Below the pieces are notes generated by a model. That model did not search any database. It was not told the DNA's origin and worked only from the letters and a program-made list of their open reading frames with translations. DNA of 57,017 bases from a virus (Duplodnaviria > Caudoviricetes), in IMG/VR virus record IMGVR_UViG_3300044724_004801, positions 1 to 57,017 of that record. One strand, given 5' to 3'. Made by a program: the position numbers and the translations under genes. The stretch's first letter is position 1, and each line of letters opens with the position of its first letter. Below are positions 1 to 10,859 of the stretch, piece after piece.

Positions 1-120
1 GGTATAACTCAACTTAATGTATCTGATGGAACTAATGGTCAGGTACTTACCACTAATGGTTCAGGTACTTTGTCTTTTTCTACTATTTCAGGTTATACAG
101 ATTCAGATGTTGAAACTTAT
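1..120 (+). repeat. Exact 120-bp direct repeat, copy 1 (= 55687-55806)
   Basis: Base-by-base identity from ggtataactc to gaaacttat, then divergence. Confidence 0.97.
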
Positions 121-1653
121 TTAGATTCAGGAGTTTCTACGCCTACTTTTGGTGCTATGAATACCAATGGTGCTATAACTTTGGGTAATGCTAGTTATTG
201 GATTGGTAATGCAACTAATGGTTACAGGTTTAATAATTCTGCTGATACTGCAAATTTATTAGTCATTAAAGATAATGGCAATGTTGGTATTGGTACGAGT
301 AGTCCTAACGCATATGCTAATGTAACCACATTAACAATAAATGGTGCTGTTCAAGGTAGATTAGACGTTGAATATGGCGGTACGCATGGTGGTTCATTCT
401 TAGCTGTGTCAGGAGAAACACAAATTAAAGCAGTTGGTGCTTCTAATGTTATGACTTTTGAAGTCAATAATGCAGAAAGAATGCGTATCGACACATCAGG
501 CAATGTTGGTATAAGTCAAAATTCGCCTGACACTATTTTACACATAGGAGATGGTACATCTAATTTTGTAAGAATAGAAAATGCAGCAAGTGGTGATGTT
601 GCTTCAGGCTATCAAATTTATAGAGGTGCTTCTCTTGGAATGAATTTGTATGATAATCCAGCAGACAATACAACAAGTTTACAAGTAGCAGGTTCTTTTA
701 CTGTAAATGCTGGTGGAGCAGGTTCAGATTTGTTTGTTTCTTCATCAGGCAATGTTGGTATAGGTAGAACTTCCCCAAGTGCAAAATTAGATGTAAATGG
801 GTCTATGAAAGTAGATAACATTCAACTTCAAGATAGTTCTGTACTTGGAATTGGAACAGTTGCAGCAACCTCTTCTGTAGGACATACCGCATCAACAAAT
901 GAAGGTATTTTTTGGCACACTAGCACGGCTGGTTATGGAGTTTATAGAACATCAGGTTCTTGGACTGGTCCAGACTATCAACAGTTACAACTTACTTGGG
1001 ACACTGGAATTATTTTAGATGGTGGAACGAGTTATGGTCAATCAGGAATTTCATTTAGAGGCAATAATACACAACGTATGCTAGTATCCCCCGCAGGGAA
1101 TGTTATGGTAGGTACTGGTAGTCCTACCTCTAAACTGCATGTAGATGCAGGAACATTCGCAGGTTACGCTGTTGATTTGGTACAAGGTGGTTCAGGCGGT
1201 GGTAATCATGGATTAAGAGTTGTAAGTGCTTCAGGAAGCTCTTATACCTTAATTGCAAGGGCAAATGCTGTAACAGTATTTTATGTAGATGGTGCTGGTA
1301 ATTATTATTTTTATGGCTCAAATCAATCAGATGTAAACAAAAAAGAAAATATTGCTGATATAACAGATAGTGCTTTAGATTTAATTACACAACTGCAACC
1401 TAAAACTTATAATTTTATTGGAAGTGATATAGATAAAGCAGGTTTTATTGCTCAAGATATGGAGCAAGTTATTCCAAGATTGGTTACTGGTAACGAATTT
1501 GATCCTGAGTTGACTGATGAAGATGGAAACAATCCAACAGGTAAAGGTATAGACTATATGGGTTATACAGCTTATTTAACTAAAGCCATCCAAGAACAAC
1601 AAACCATCATTGATGACCTCAAAGCAAGAATAGAAACACTGGAGAACGCATAA
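1..1653 (+). CDS. Tail fibre / receptor-binding protein, version A (5'-truncated at window edge), C-terminal peptidase S74-type intramolecular chaperone
   Basis: Frame open from base 1; repeated GNVGIGTxSP modules; C-terminal SDxxKKENI...GFIAQDM...IDY...LTKAIQE coiled coil. The missing N-terminus is seen at 55609-55686. Confidence 0.85.
   Translation, partial: GITQLNVSDGTNGQVLTTNGSGTLSFSTISGYTDSDVETYLDSGVSTPTFGAMNTNGAITLGNASYWIGNATNGYRFNNSADTANLLVIKDNGNVGIGTSSPNAYANVTTLTINGAVQGRLDVEYGGTHGGSFLAVSGETQIKAVGASNVMTFEVNNAERMRIDTSGNVGISQNSPDTILHIGDGTSNFVRIENAASGDVASGYQIYRGASLGMNLYDNPADNTTSLQVAGSFTVNAGGAGSDLFVSSSGNVGIGRTSPSAKLDVNGSMKVDNIQLQDSSVLGIGTVAATSSVGHTASTNEGIFWHTSTAGYGVYRTSGSWTGPDYQQLQLTWDTGIILDGGTSYGQSGISFRGNNTQRMLVSPAGNVMVGTGSPTSKLHVDAGTFAGYAVDLVQGGSGGGNHGLRVVSASGSSYTLIARANAVTVFYVDGAGNYYFYGSNQSDVNKKENIADITDSALDLITQLQPKTYNFIGSDIDKAGFIAQDMEQVIPRLVTGNEFDPELTDEDGNNPTGKGIDYMGYTAYLTKAIQEQQTIIDDLKARIETLENA
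1126..1439 (+). repeat. Direct repeat, copy 1 (= 56704-57017): ~87% identical over 1126-1313, exact over 1314-1439
   Basis: Manual codon alignment: 24 nt differences in 188 nt, then 126 identical nt. Confidence 0.95.
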
Positions 1654-1654
1654 C

Positions 1655-4087
1655 ATGGCAAAAACTAAAGTACATGGTGAATATTTACAAGACTCCGTAG
1701 TACGCTTCACGGCGAAGGCGGGGGAAAATATAACCAAGGGACAACCAGTTTATATCTCAGGAATATCTGGAGAACTACCCGTTGTATCTTTAGCAGACGC
1801 AGACGATACTGCAAAAATGCCAGCCTTTGGTTTAGCAGAGGCTACTGTATCTACCAACGCTCAAGTAGAAGTAACCAGCTTTGGTACACTTGCAGGTTTA
1901 GATACCTCAACTCCCGGATATTCGCTAGGGGACATTTTATATGTCGACACCACAGCTGGTGCCTTAACGAATGACCCGGCAGGTCTTGAAGCAACCAAGC
2001 TTCAGAACATAGGTATAGTACAAAGGGTTCATGCTTCTAACGGATCTATCAAGGTAGGCGGTGCGGGGAGAACGAATGCTGTACCCAACCTTGATGACGG
2101 AGATATCTTTATAGGTGATTCTAACAATAAAGCCATAAGCTCTTCTTTAGCTACAGAAATAGAATCATATTTGGATGGTGGTACATCATCACCAACCTTT
2201 GCTTCTATCGTAGTTGATGGAACTATCAAACTTGATGGCGATTATCCGACTGGCACTCAAAATAATGCTTTAGGTAATACAGCTCTTGATAGTTTAACAA
2301 GTGGACAAGAAAATGTTGCTATAGGCTCTGCTTCTTTGACAGCAGTAACTTCAGGACAAAGAAATGTTGGAGTTGGCGTTAGTACACTGCAAACAATTAG
2401 TACATCAAACTTTAATACTGCATTAGGACATGCTGCTGCTAGAGATATAACAGGTTCAGGGAACACTGCACTTGGTGATACTGCAATGGTTACCGCAACA
2501 ACAGGCGATAACAATACTGCTGTAGGTCATCAGTCTTTAAAGGTTAATACAGCATCAAATAACACAGCAGTCGGTAAAGATGCACTAACAGCAAACACTA
2601 CAGGTTACAGTAATGTATCAGTTGGTTCTCAAACACTGATTGCAAACACAACAGGACTTGGTAATACTGCTCTTGGAGCATTTTCACTTTATGCAAATAC
2701 CACAGCAGCAAATAATACAGGTTTAGGTTATGCAACGCTTTTAGATAACACCACAGGTGCTAGTAATACAGCTGTTGGTGTTGACGCTTTAAGAGCAAAC
2801 ACTACAGGTGGTGCTAATGTGGCAATTGGACATTCAGCAGGAGATGCATTAACCACAGGAAGTTCTAATGTAGCAATAGGCACAAATGCTTTATCTACAC
2901 AACACGCTCAAACAGGAAATGTAGCAATAGGCTATGAAGCACTTTTAAATAATTATTCAACTAATGTTTCAGTTGCAAATAACAATGTTGCAGTCGGATA
3001 TAGAGCCATGAGAGCAAACACCACTGGAGCAGCTAATACTGCTATTGGAAATAATGCTTTAGATGCCAACACCACTACATCAAATAATACCGCAGTTGGT
3101 TATAACTCACTTGGAGCAAACACTGCAGACAATAACTCTGCTTTTGGCTATAACGCTTTAGCTTCAAATACAGGTGGAACTCAAAATACAGCGATTGGTG
3201 TCAATTGCATGTCAGGTAGTACTACAGCCGATTTAAATACTGCTGTGGGTTATTTAGCCATGAATGGGCTTACTACAGGCGGTTATAATACTGCTGTTGG
3301 TAGAAGTGCATTACAGGCAAACACTACAGGTTCTCATAGTACCTCTTTAGGTTATGGAGCTTTACAAAGAGTAACCACAGGAAACTTTAATGTCGGCTTG
3401 GGTTCAGGTGCAGGTGAATATGTTACAACAGGACAACAAAATACTTTTTTAGGTACTTTTGCAGGAAGCTCAGGTAGTAACAATGGTAGTTATAACACTT
3501 GTGTAGGTTGGGCAGCAGGTGATGCTCTCACAGGGTCATATAATACAATTATAGGAGTTTCTTCAGACCCATATACCGCAGGAAATAATGGTGGAATTGT
3601 TATTGGCTATGCAGTATCAGGAGCAGCTTCAGGTACTTATGCAACTCTTGGATATGGTGCTAATGTAACTTATGTAAGTTTAGGCTCAAATAGTTGGACT
3701 GGAAGTTCTGATGAAAGATTAAAAAAAGATGTTGTTTCAATTAATACAGGCTTAGATTTTGTAAACGATTTAAGACCAGTAATTTTTAAATGGAAAACAA
3801 AAGGAGAACTTGATACAGATTTACCACAATACGAAGAAAACTCTGATGAAGTGGTTATAGGCAATGAAAGTAAAACTCAAGTAGGTTTTATTGCCCAAGA
3901 AGTAAAAACAGTTATTGATAATCACCCTGAACTAGAAGGCGGTACTGATATTTGGAGTACAAACAAAGATGGTATTCAAGGTTTAGCAGAATCAGAAATG
4001 ATACCTATTCTTGTAAAATCTATACAAGAACTATCCGCTAAGTGCGATAGCTTACAAAGTGAAATTAATATTCTAAAAGGAGAATAA
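1655..4087 (+). CDS. Long tail fibre/adhesin with NTAVGxxAL beta-roll repeats (YadA-head-like) and C-terminal S74-type chaperone
   Basis: Many ~14-aa NxAxGxxAL repeats; SDERLKKD...GFIAQEV...LVKSIQEL. Confidence 0.85.
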   Translation: MAKTKVHGEYLQDSVVRFTAKAGENITKGQPVYISGISGELPVVSLADADDTAKMPAFGLAEATVSTNAQVEVTSFGTLAGLDTSTPGYSLGDILYVDTTAGALTNDPAGLEATKLQNIGIVQRVHASNGSIKVGGAGRTNAVPNLDDGDIFIGDSNNKAISSSLATEIESYLDGGTSSPTFASIVVDGTIKLDGDYPTGTQNNALGNTALDSLTSGQENVAIGSASLTAVTSGQRNVGVGVSTLQTISTSNFNTALGHAAARDITGSGNTALGDTAMVTATTGDNNTAVGHQSLKVNTASNNTAVGKDALTANTTGYSNVSVGSQTLIANTTGLGNTALGAFSLYANTTAANNTGLGYATLLDNTTGASNTAVGVDALRANTTGGANVAIGHSAGDALTTGSSNVAIGTNALSTQHAQTGNVAIGYEALLNNYSTNVSVANNNVAVGYRAMRANTTGAANTAIGNNALDANTTTSNNTAVGYNSLGANTADNNSAFGYNALASNTGGTQNTAIGVNCMSGSTTADLNTAVGYLAMNGLTTGGYNTAVGRSALQANTTGSHSTSLGYGALQRVTTGNFNVGLGSGAGEYVTTGQQNTFLGTFAGSSGSNNGSYNTCVGWAAGDALTGSYNTIIGVSSDPYTAGNNGGIVIGYAVSGAASGTYATLGYGANVTYVSLGSNSWTGSSDERLKKDVVSINTGLDFVNDLRPVIFKWKTKGELDTDLPQYEENSDEVVIGNESKTQVGFIAQEVKTVIDNHPELEGGTDIWSTNKDGIQGLAESEMIPILVKSIQELSAKCDSLQSEINILKGE

Positions 4088-4090
4088 AAC

Positions 4091-4342
4091 ATGGAAGAAA
4101 GAGATGTAACACAAATTCTATCAGCAGCAGACGATTCTGTTGATTTGATAAATGGTGTAAACGATGGCTCTTGGAATGTAGAAGGTTTTGAGCAAAGTGA
4201 AATCAACGATATGGTTCAGCGTAATGTTGAGCATCTTGAAATCATTTTGGCTTATGAAGAAGTGGTAGCTGATGATAGCGACAAGTCTTCATATACTGAT
4301 GCCGTTTCTACAGGTAACGCTTACATAGAAGCGAATAGTTAA
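4091..4342 (+). CDS. Small acidic protein, putative tail-fibre assembly protein
   Basis: Directly follows the fibre gene; AGGAG SD; function inferred from position. Confidence 0.5.
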   Translation: MEERDVTQILSAADDSVDLINGVNDGSWNVEGFEQSEINDMVQRNVEHLEIILAYEEVVADDSDKSSYTDAVSTGNAYIEANS

Positions 4343-4695
4343 TGATTAAACAAGTAGCAAAAGACTTTTTTATTAAATGGCAACAAGCATGTTATATGTG
4401 TATTCCAATGATGGTGCAAGGCAATTTATTTGCTCTTACATTCGATCACTGGATCAAAGCAAATAAAACAGGAATCATTGCAGGTCTTGGTGCAGTATTA
4501 TTGGGATATACTTTCCTAAAGAACTACAAAGACAAGAAGTGGTTTCATGGCGTAACTATTGCATCTGCTTGTTTTGTTGGTGATCTATTAGTACACCCAT
4601 CACACTTTGGTGGTGTATTGGGTGAAGCAGCCTTAACCGCATTAGCATCAGGATTGCTTGCTACTTACTTTGTTTATAAACCAATTAAATTATGA
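4342..4695 (+). CDS. Multi-pass membrane protein, unknown function
   Basis: Several hydrophobic segments; TAATG coupling. Confidence 0.65.
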   Translation: MIKQVAKDFFIKWQQACYMCIPMMVQGNLFALTFDHWIKANKTGIIAGLGAVLLGYTFLKNYKDKKWFHGVTIASACFVGDLLVHPSHFGGVLGEAALTALASGLLATYFVYKPIKL

Positions 4696-5168
4696 AAAAA
4701 CTAAAAGCAATACTAGGAACCTTAGCCCCGACTCTAGGTGCGGCTATCGGCGGACCAATCGGCGGACAAGCTGGGGAAATACTAAGTAAAATACTTGGCG
4801 TTCCCAACAACCCAAAATCAATCGAAGATGCTATGAGCAGCATTACAGCAGAACAAATGATTGAGCTTAAAAAAGCAGAAAAAGATTTTGAGCTGCAAAT
4901 GAAAGAGCTTGAGGTAGATATATACAAGCTTGAAACCAAAGATATTCAAGACGCCAGGAAAAAGTTCAGCAGAGATTGGACACCAAGAATATTAGGAACT
5001 GTTACTTTAACGGGTTTTTTTGGTTATATCTTTTTAGTTACCATTCAACCGCCCGATAGTACTTCTGATACTATTGTTTCCCTTGTATTAGGCTATCTTG
5101 GTGGCCTAGCTTCTGCCGTCATATCTTTTTATTTTGGCGCTTCAAATACTCCTGACAAAGAGGAATAG
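4692..5168 (+). CDS. Putative holin (GTA/3TM-holin-like)
   Basis: APTLGAAIGGPIGG N-terminus, coiled coil, DIQDAR, two C-terminal TMs ending ISFYFGAS; near lysozyme. Confidence 0.65.
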   Translation: MKKLKAILGTLAPTLGAAIGGPIGGQAGEILSKILGVPNNPKSIEDAMSSITAEQMIELKKAEKDFELQMKELEVDIYKLETKDIQDARKKFSRDWTPRILGTVTLTGFFGYIFLVTIQPPDSTSDTIVSLVLGYLGGLASAVISFYFGASNTPDKEE

Positions 5169-5449
5169 TGGAAGGTTGGATAGGTGCAGTAGAAACTATA
5201 GGAATCCCAGCAGCGGTAGCTGTAGGCATGGGGTACTTGGTTTGGACCTTATTTAAAAACCTTATAGCAGACATTCACAAAAAACTCGATACCCAACACG
5301 GTATGATTGTTGCCCTCATAGATAGAATTAGACAAATGGACAACGACATGATTCGTATTGATACTTTGGTCAGAACAGCATTGAAAATACCACCAGATGT
5401 AGATAGAATATCAAGATCGGACGGTAAAAAAGACCAAAGAAAAGACTAA
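5168..5449 (+). CDS. Single-TM protein in lysis cluster
   Basis: GTG start overlapping previous stop; N-terminal TM. Confidence 0.6.
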   Translation: MEGWIGAVETIGIPAAVAVGMGYLVWTLFKNLIADIHKKLDTQHGMIVALIDRIRQMDNDMIRIDTLVRTALKIPPDVDRISRSDGKKDQRKD

Positions 5450-5460
5450 GGAGAATCAAT

Positions 5461-5703
5461 ATGTCTGAACAACAACAAATTAAAACTATTAACTTCGATA
5501 ACCAAAACTACAATATCGAAGATCTAACTCCAAGAGCTGTTGAAGGATTTAATATGCTTATTAAACTTAATCAAGAGCTAGCGGATATCACTTACCAACT
5601 TAAGAAATGCCAAGCTGCGCAAGTACATACTTCAGAAGAATTAAAGGGTATTATCGAAGAAGACAAGATAAAACCTGTGGTGGAAGACAAACCCGAAGAA
5701 TAA
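5461..5703 (+). CDS. Hypothetical coiled-coil protein
   Basis: AAGGAG SD; ORF. Confidence 0.65.
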   Translation: MSEQQQIKTINFDNQNYNIEDLTPRAVEGFNMLIKLNQELADITYQLKKCQAAQVHTSEELKGIIEEDKIKPVVEDKPEE

Positions 5704-6146
5704 TGAAAATATCTAATGAGGGTAAAAACCTCATAAAATATTTTGAAGGGTGTAAATTAGAAGCGTATTTAGATGCAGTTTCTGTTCCAACTATTGCCTA
5801 CGGCAGAACAAAAGGTGTTACAATGGGTGACACTTGTACTCAAGAACAAGCGGAAGCTTGGTTAAACGAAGAACTGGTTGAGTACGAAAATTACGTAAAC
5901 GAGGCGGTAGAAGTACCGTTAACACAAAACCAGTTTGATGCTCTCGTGTCGTGGACATACAACCTTGGGCCATCAAACTTGAACAACAGCACGATGCTGA
6001 AAGTACTTAATTCGTCGTCCTATGACGACGTTCCAACACAGATTAAGCGTTGGAATAAAGCCGGGGGTAAAGTACTAGATGGGCTAGTAAGGAGACGAGA
6101 AGCCGAAGCCTTACTGTTCAAAGGCGAAGATTGGAGTGTAATATAA
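5703..6146 (+). CDS. Endolysin, GH24 phage lysozyme
   Basis: LIKYFEG...AYLD...PTIAYG (E-D-T triad), QFDALVS, RWNKAGGKVLDGLVRRREAE; start revised to ATG 5703 (TAATG coupling). Confidence 0.95.
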   Translation: MKISNEGKNLIKYFEGCKLEAYLDAVSVPTIAYGRTKGVTMGDTCTQEQAEAWLNEELVEYENYVNEAVEVPLTQNQFDALVSWTYNLGPSNLNNSTMLKVLNSSSYDDVPTQIKRWNKAGGKVLDGLVRRREAEALLFKGEDWSVI

Positions 6147-6153
6147 ATACCAA

Positions 6154-6423
6154 ATGGAAGTTTCAAAACGGCTTGAAAAACTAGAAGATAAAATTGATAA
6201 GCTTTCCGAAGCTATTATTGCTATTGCTCGTATAGAGGAGAGAGTAACCACTGTATTGAAACAAAACGACCGTTTTATTGCCCGTTTAGACCGTTTAGAG
6301 AATAGGGTTGAAACTGTTGAACAAAAAGCTATTGTTAACGCCAAGGGTGTAAGTATGTTTGAACGAATCTTTTGGATTTTTATATCCGCTGTAGCTAGCA
6401 TTATTGTGTATAATTTAAGATGA
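6154..6423 (+). CDS. Coiled-coil protein with C-terminal TM (XhlA/holin-like)
   Basis: Heptad repeats plus C-terminal hydrophobic helix; follows lysozyme. Confidence 0.55.
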   Translation: MEVSKRLEKLEDKIDKLSEAIIAIARIEERVTTVLKQNDRFIARLDRLENRVETVEQKAIVNAKGVSMFERIFWIFISAVASIIVYNLR

Positions 6424-6424
6424 T

Positions 6425-8419
6425 ATGGCGTATTTTAAACTCATCACGTTTGGTGGATTGGCTCCGCAGCTCTCACCTCGATTACTAAAAGACAACCTCG
6501 CACAAACCGCAGAAGACGTAAACCTAGAAAGTGGTAGGCTTGTGCCTATTACCGACAACTCCCAAACTCTTGTACTTGATGATGCTAATAGAACTAGCAT
6601 ATACAAATACACCGATTCACCAGAGCGTTGGTTAGAGTTTGATGAAGACGTAGACGTCGTCCCTGGTCCGATTGCCGGTGATACTAATGATACTGTATAT
6701 TGGACGGGACAAAGCTACCCTCGCATGGGTAAAAGTTCTGTTATTCTTGGGGTAGCCCCTTTCCCAAGTAATTTTTATCGTTTAGGCATACCTGCTCCAA
6801 GTGCAGCACCGACCGTCGCCCTTGTATCGCCAACCAGTTATGACGCTACGATAACCACGACCAACGGTTCATCAACAGTTACCGTTACAACCACAAGCGA
6901 CCACGGTGCATCGGTAGGGGATTATGTAAAACTTTCTAGTTTTGGGGGTGTGACAGAACTTCCTGTAAATGGCATTCCTGCTGCAGATCTAAATGGAGAT
7001 CATAAAATTGTAACAGTACCAAGTACAACTACACTTACGATTGAAGTAAACAGCCCAGCAACTTCTTCAGGTACTTCAAGCTCGGTTACAGATGGAGCTA
7101 CATTTAATGATGCTTCTGATGCTTTGATTGATTACAGTACTGCCTATGTATACACTTTTGTAAGTGCATACGGAGAAGAAGGACCTCCTTCTGCTGCTTC
7201 TACTGTTATAACTACGGATGATAATAGAACAACAACAATCTCGGGTCTTGAAACAAGTACCTCGGGCACCGGTCGAACAAACACTAATTTAAGTAAAAAA
7301 CGTATTTATAGGTCTAACACTGGCTCTAATACAACTGCTTTTCAATTTGTTGCAGAGGTTACACTTGCAACTACTTCCTATACAGATACTTCTCAAAATG
7401 ATGATTTAGCTGAGATTATTCCATCAACTTACTGGATTGGACCACCAAATGAAGATACAAGTGTATATCCAGATGGCCCAATGAAGGGTCTAGTGGCTAT
7501 GCCTTATGGTGTATTTGCTGGGTTTACTGGTAAAAGGGTTTGTTTTTCTGAGCCTTTCTTACCCCATGCCTGGCCTGCAGCTTATCGTATAACTCTTGAA
7601 GAAGAAGTTGTTGGTATTGCGGTTGCAAGTAATGGTTTGGTTGTAGGCACAAAAGGCACTCCTTACTTAATTGCAGGTACAGATCCTCAATCTATGAGCG
7701 CAATCCGTATTGAAGCAGCACAAGCTTGTTTAAGTAAAAATTCAATGGTTGATATGGGTGCGTACGTTATGTACGCGGGCCCTGATGGGTTAGTCGCAGT
7801 GCAAGGCGCAGACGTACGTATTCTTACAGAGGGGCTTATTTCACCTACGCAATGGCAAGCTGATTACTACCCTTCTACTCTTAAAGGCTTTTTATGGAAA
7901 GGTAGATACGTTGGTTATTACTATACTGGCTCTGAGTACAAAGGGTTTATTTTTGACCCAAGGGGTGGAGAAGCCACTCTTACTAGCTTAAGTTTCTCTA
8001 CAGAAGTACCGGGCGGTTTTACTGATCCAGACGACAATGAGTTGTACATTATTGTTGATGATGATATTAAAAAGTTTCAAGGCGGTAGTACAAACGAAAC
8101 ATTTACTTGGAAGAGTAAAGAATTTGTAACTGCTAAACCCACTAGTATGGGGTTTGCAAAAGTAGATGCCGAAGGTTTTCCCGTTACTTTAAAAGTATAT
8201 GGAGATGGCTCTGTTATTTATAATGCAACCATTAGTACTTCTGGTAGTGTATATTCTGTAACAGGAACTACTCCTAGCTTTAGTGCAACAACCATTTATG
8301 AACCTATTGTTCGTTTACCAGCAAGCATGCATCGTACATTTGCCATAGAAATAGAATCTGCCAATATAGTCAACGAAGTGTGTATAGGCGAATCTATAGA
8401 TGAATTAAGGAGTATTTAA
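6425..8419 (+). CDS. Putative tail nozzle/stabilisation protein
   Basis: FGGLAPQLSPRLL..AQTA N-terminus, YVYTFVSAYGEEGPPS, FSEPFLPHAWP, FTWKSK; Thr-rich insertion; virion-gene context. Confidence 0.65.
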   Translation: MAYFKLITFGGLAPQLSPRLLKDNLAQTAEDVNLESGRLVPITDNSQTLVLDDANRTSIYKYTDSPERWLEFDEDVDVVPGPIAGDTNDTVYWTGQSYPRMGKSSVILGVAPFPSNFYRLGIPAPSAAPTVALVSPTSYDATITTTNGSSTVTVTTTSDHGASVGDYVKLSSFGGVTELPVNGIPAADLNGDHKIVTVPSTTTLTIEVNSPATSSGTSSSVTDGATFNDASDALIDYSTAYVYTFVSAYGEEGPPSAASTVITTDDNRTTTISGLETSTSGTGRTNTNLSKKRIYRSNTGSNTTAFQFVAEVTLATTSYTDTSQNDDLAEIIPSTYWIGPPNEDTSVYPDGPMKGLVAMPYGVFAGFTGKRVCFSEPFLPHAWPAAYRITLEEEVVGIAVASNGLVVGTKGTPYLIAGTDPQSMSAIRIEAAQACLSKNSMVDMGAYVMYAGPDGLVAVQGADVRILTEGLISPTQWQADYYPSTLKGFLWKGRYVGYYYTGSEYKGFIFDPRGGEATLTSLSFSTEVPGGFTDPDDNELYIIVDDDIKKFQGGSTNETFTWKSKEFVTAKPTSMGFAKVDAEGFPVTLKVYGDGSVIYNATISTSGSVYSVTGTTPSFSATTIYEPIVRLPASMHRTFAIEIESANIVNEVCIGESIDELRSI

Positions 8420-10500
8420 TGGCTACTACAGGCACTAAAGTTCCTGCTTTAAAAAATATTCCTGCTGGCACAGACCGAGAATTAAAATCAACACTTGAAG
8501 CTATGAAGGAGGCTCAAGAGATTCGTCTTGGGCGTAGAGGAGACCCAAGAGATAGAGCAATTACCCTAAGAGAACTTATTGATAGTGGTCTTGCAAAACA
8601 ACTTAAAGAAAACCCATTTGATCCGAACGCTGGCGCCGGCGCTATAGATTTTACTGCGAACACCCCCCTCGAAAATCTAGCCGTGCCGCCAGCCCCTGTT
8701 GGTTTAGAAGCTTCAGGGGCATTTACAGCCATCATATTAAATTGGAACGGCATGAGTGCAAGTGCACCTTACGGTAATCACGCCTATACAGAAATTTGGC
8801 GCTCAAGGGCAAACAACCTTGGGGGTGCTACTTTACGTGCTACTACCACGGCTTTTATCTATACCGACGAAGTGGGGTATGGTGAAACTTATTACTATTG
8901 GGTGCGCTACGTAAGTACGTCCAATGTCCCCGGTCCATACAACAATACTAACGGAGTTGAAGCTTCAACATTGGAAGATGTTGCAACAGTAATGGCGCAG
9001 TTATCAGAGACTTTACAAGACTTACCAGGATACACAACTTTAGAAGCACTCATATCTGGGTCCGCTGGTACAGCCGCTACGGTTATAAGATCTACGAGTG
9101 CACCAACAACTAGAGACAATGGAGACGCTTTAGTAGGCAATGACATTTGGATTGATACAGATGATAACAACCAAGCTTATTTTAGAAATGCGGCAAACAG
9201 CGCTTGGATTGCAGCAAGGGATTCTACTTTAATTAGTCTATATAATTCATTAAGCTCAACCGTATCAACAAATACTTCTAACATATCTACAGCACAGTCA
9301 GATATTGTTACGCTTACAAGTGATACAACAGCAAATGCAAGTGCAATAAGCAGCTTAACTTCTACTGTTAATTCAAACACATCTGCAATTTCTAGTGAGG
9401 CAACAACTAGAGCAAATGCAGACAGTGCTTTATCTACAAGTATTACTAATTTGACTTCTACTGTTAATGGTAATACATCCAGCATTACTTCCCTTAATAC
9501 CACTACAGCAAATATAAATGGTGATTTAAATGCCATGTACGTTTTACAAGTAGCTACTGAGTCTAATGGGAGTATTTCTTCTGCAGGCATGGTACTAGGC
9601 TCTAATGCAAACAGCGGGTCTGGTGCCCAATCCTATGTGCAATTTAGAGCAGATAAGTTTGCAATATGGAGTGGTTCAACAAATGTAGCGCCTTTTATTA
9701 TTGATGCGGGAGTTGTTTATTTAGACACCGCTAGGATTAAAGACGGAGCTATTCAAAACGCTAAGATTCAAGATGCTACAATTCAAACCGCTAAAATAGG
9801 GGACCTTCAAGTTACAAACGCAAAGATTGGTAATTTAGCTGTTACTGAAGGAAAAATTCAAGATCTAGCTGTAACAAATGCAAAAATTGCTAACGCTGCT
9901 ATTACAAATGCAAAAATAAATGATTTAGACGCCGCTAAAATAACAGCAGGCACAATAAGTGCAGACAGAATAGGCGCGAATACTATTACTGCTGACAAAA
10001 TTAATGTAACAGACCTAACACTTGAATTCAGCGCATCTACAGTAAGTGGAACAACAATTGGCTATTGGAATAATAATACTATGCGTCTTAAGAAAGTTGC
10101 AGACATTGGAACGGCTCCTGGTATTTATCATATTATGTGTAGAATATTTGGGGGAAGTGGGCAGGTCAAAACTTTATCCGTAGTTGCAGGAGATGGTACA
10201 TTTGGTACAGGGACGGGCTACGAACTTAGAGATGATTATGCTTATAGTAATGCTGCTTTTGCTACTGATTTACCTATATTGGATCAGGGGTATGCTCAGT
10301 TTAATTCAGGTCAATCACAATATTGGTCGGGCATAGATAGGTTTGATTCTACTTATAAGATGGTTCAAAAAGATATTATAGTTAGAAAAGTAAGCAGTTC
10401 TAGTCGAACGCTAGCTTTATATATCCTTGCCCAAGGGGATGGCAGCTTTAGATATTTATCAAATGTACAATACGGAGTTTATAAGTTCTCAGAAATATAA
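8419..10500 (+). CDS. Tail tip/fibre protein (FnIII-like segment, coiled coil, DUF1983-like ADKFAI..PFII..VYLD segment, NAKI decapeptide repeats)
   Basis: Motifs visible in translation. Confidence 0.75.
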   Translation: MATTGTKVPALKNIPAGTDRELKSTLEAMKEAQEIRLGRRGDPRDRAITLRELIDSGLAKQLKENPFDPNAGAGAIDFTANTPLENLAVPPAPVGLEASGAFTAIILNWNGMSASAPYGNHAYTEIWRSRANNLGGATLRATTTAFIYTDEVGYGETYYYWVRYVSTSNVPGPYNNTNGVEASTLEDVATVMAQLSETLQDLPGYTTLEALISGSAGTAATVIRSTSAPTTRDNGDALVGNDIWIDTDDNNQAYFRNAANSAWIAARDSTLISLYNSLSSTVSTNTSNISTAQSDIVTLTSDTTANASAISSLTSTVNSNTSAISSEATTRANADSALSTSITNLTSTVNGNTSSITSLNTTTANINGDLNAMYVLQVATESNGSISSAGMVLGSNANSGSGAQSYVQFRADKFAIWSGSTNVAPFIIDAGVVYLDTARIKDGAIQNAKIQDATIQTAKIGDLQVTNAKIGNLAVTEGKIQDLAVTNAKIANAAITNAKINDLDAAKITAGTISADRIGANTITADKINVTDLTLEFSASTVSGTTIGYWNNNTMRLKKVADIGTAPGIYHIMCRIFGGSGQVKTLSVVAGDGTFGTGTGYELRDDYAYSNAAFATDLPILDQGYAQFNSGQSQYWSGIDRFDSTYKMVQKDIIVRKVSSSSRTLALYILAQGDGSFRYLSNVQYGVYKFSEI

Positions 10501-10850
10501 TGGCTATTCATAATTTTAATTACACTTATACTTATCAAAGCTGCAAGGCTGTTCCTAAAAGTAGTGATGATGATACTTTAATTGTTAGAGAAGTAACTAT
10601 AGAAATAGTAGCTGTTGATCAAGCAGACCCTTCTCAATCAATAACTTTGGTAGAAACAACTCCTTTAAATTATTTACCTTTACAAGATGCAGAAACTCTG
10701 CCCGACTCTTTTATTCCCATTGATGAGATTACTAATCAACAAATGATTGATTGGTTTTTAGGTAAAGTTACAGACACCGTTTTAGATGGGTTTTTTACTT
10801 GGCAGCTTTATGGGGCGGATGAAGTTGACCCAGTCGTAGACGAAGGGTAA
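10500..10850 (+). CDS. Acidic hypothetical protein, possible tail assembly factor
   Basis: Coupled to the previous gene. Confidence 0.55.
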   Translation: MAIHNFNYTYTYQSCKAVPKSSDDDTLIVREVTIEIVAVDQADPSQSITLVETTPLNYLPLQDAETLPDSFIPIDEITNQQMIDWFLGKVTDTVLDGFFTWQLYGADEVDPVVDEG

Positions 10851-10859
10851 GATAGGCTT

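Noticed and set aside
1-120. Physical direct terminal repeats
   Set aside because: The repeats lie inside a tail-fibre gene, are offset (start matches 55687, end matches 1314) and are about k-mer sized; an assembly bubble explains them better
1126-1313. Diversity-generating retroelement (TR/VR pair with 56704-56891)
   Set aside because: Differences are not adenine-specific, about half the changed codons are synonymous, and no reverse transcriptase is present
5607-5702. N-terminal extension of the lysozyme in the ORF track
   Set aside because: Overlaps the upstream gene; the GH24 domain starts at the coupled ATG 5703
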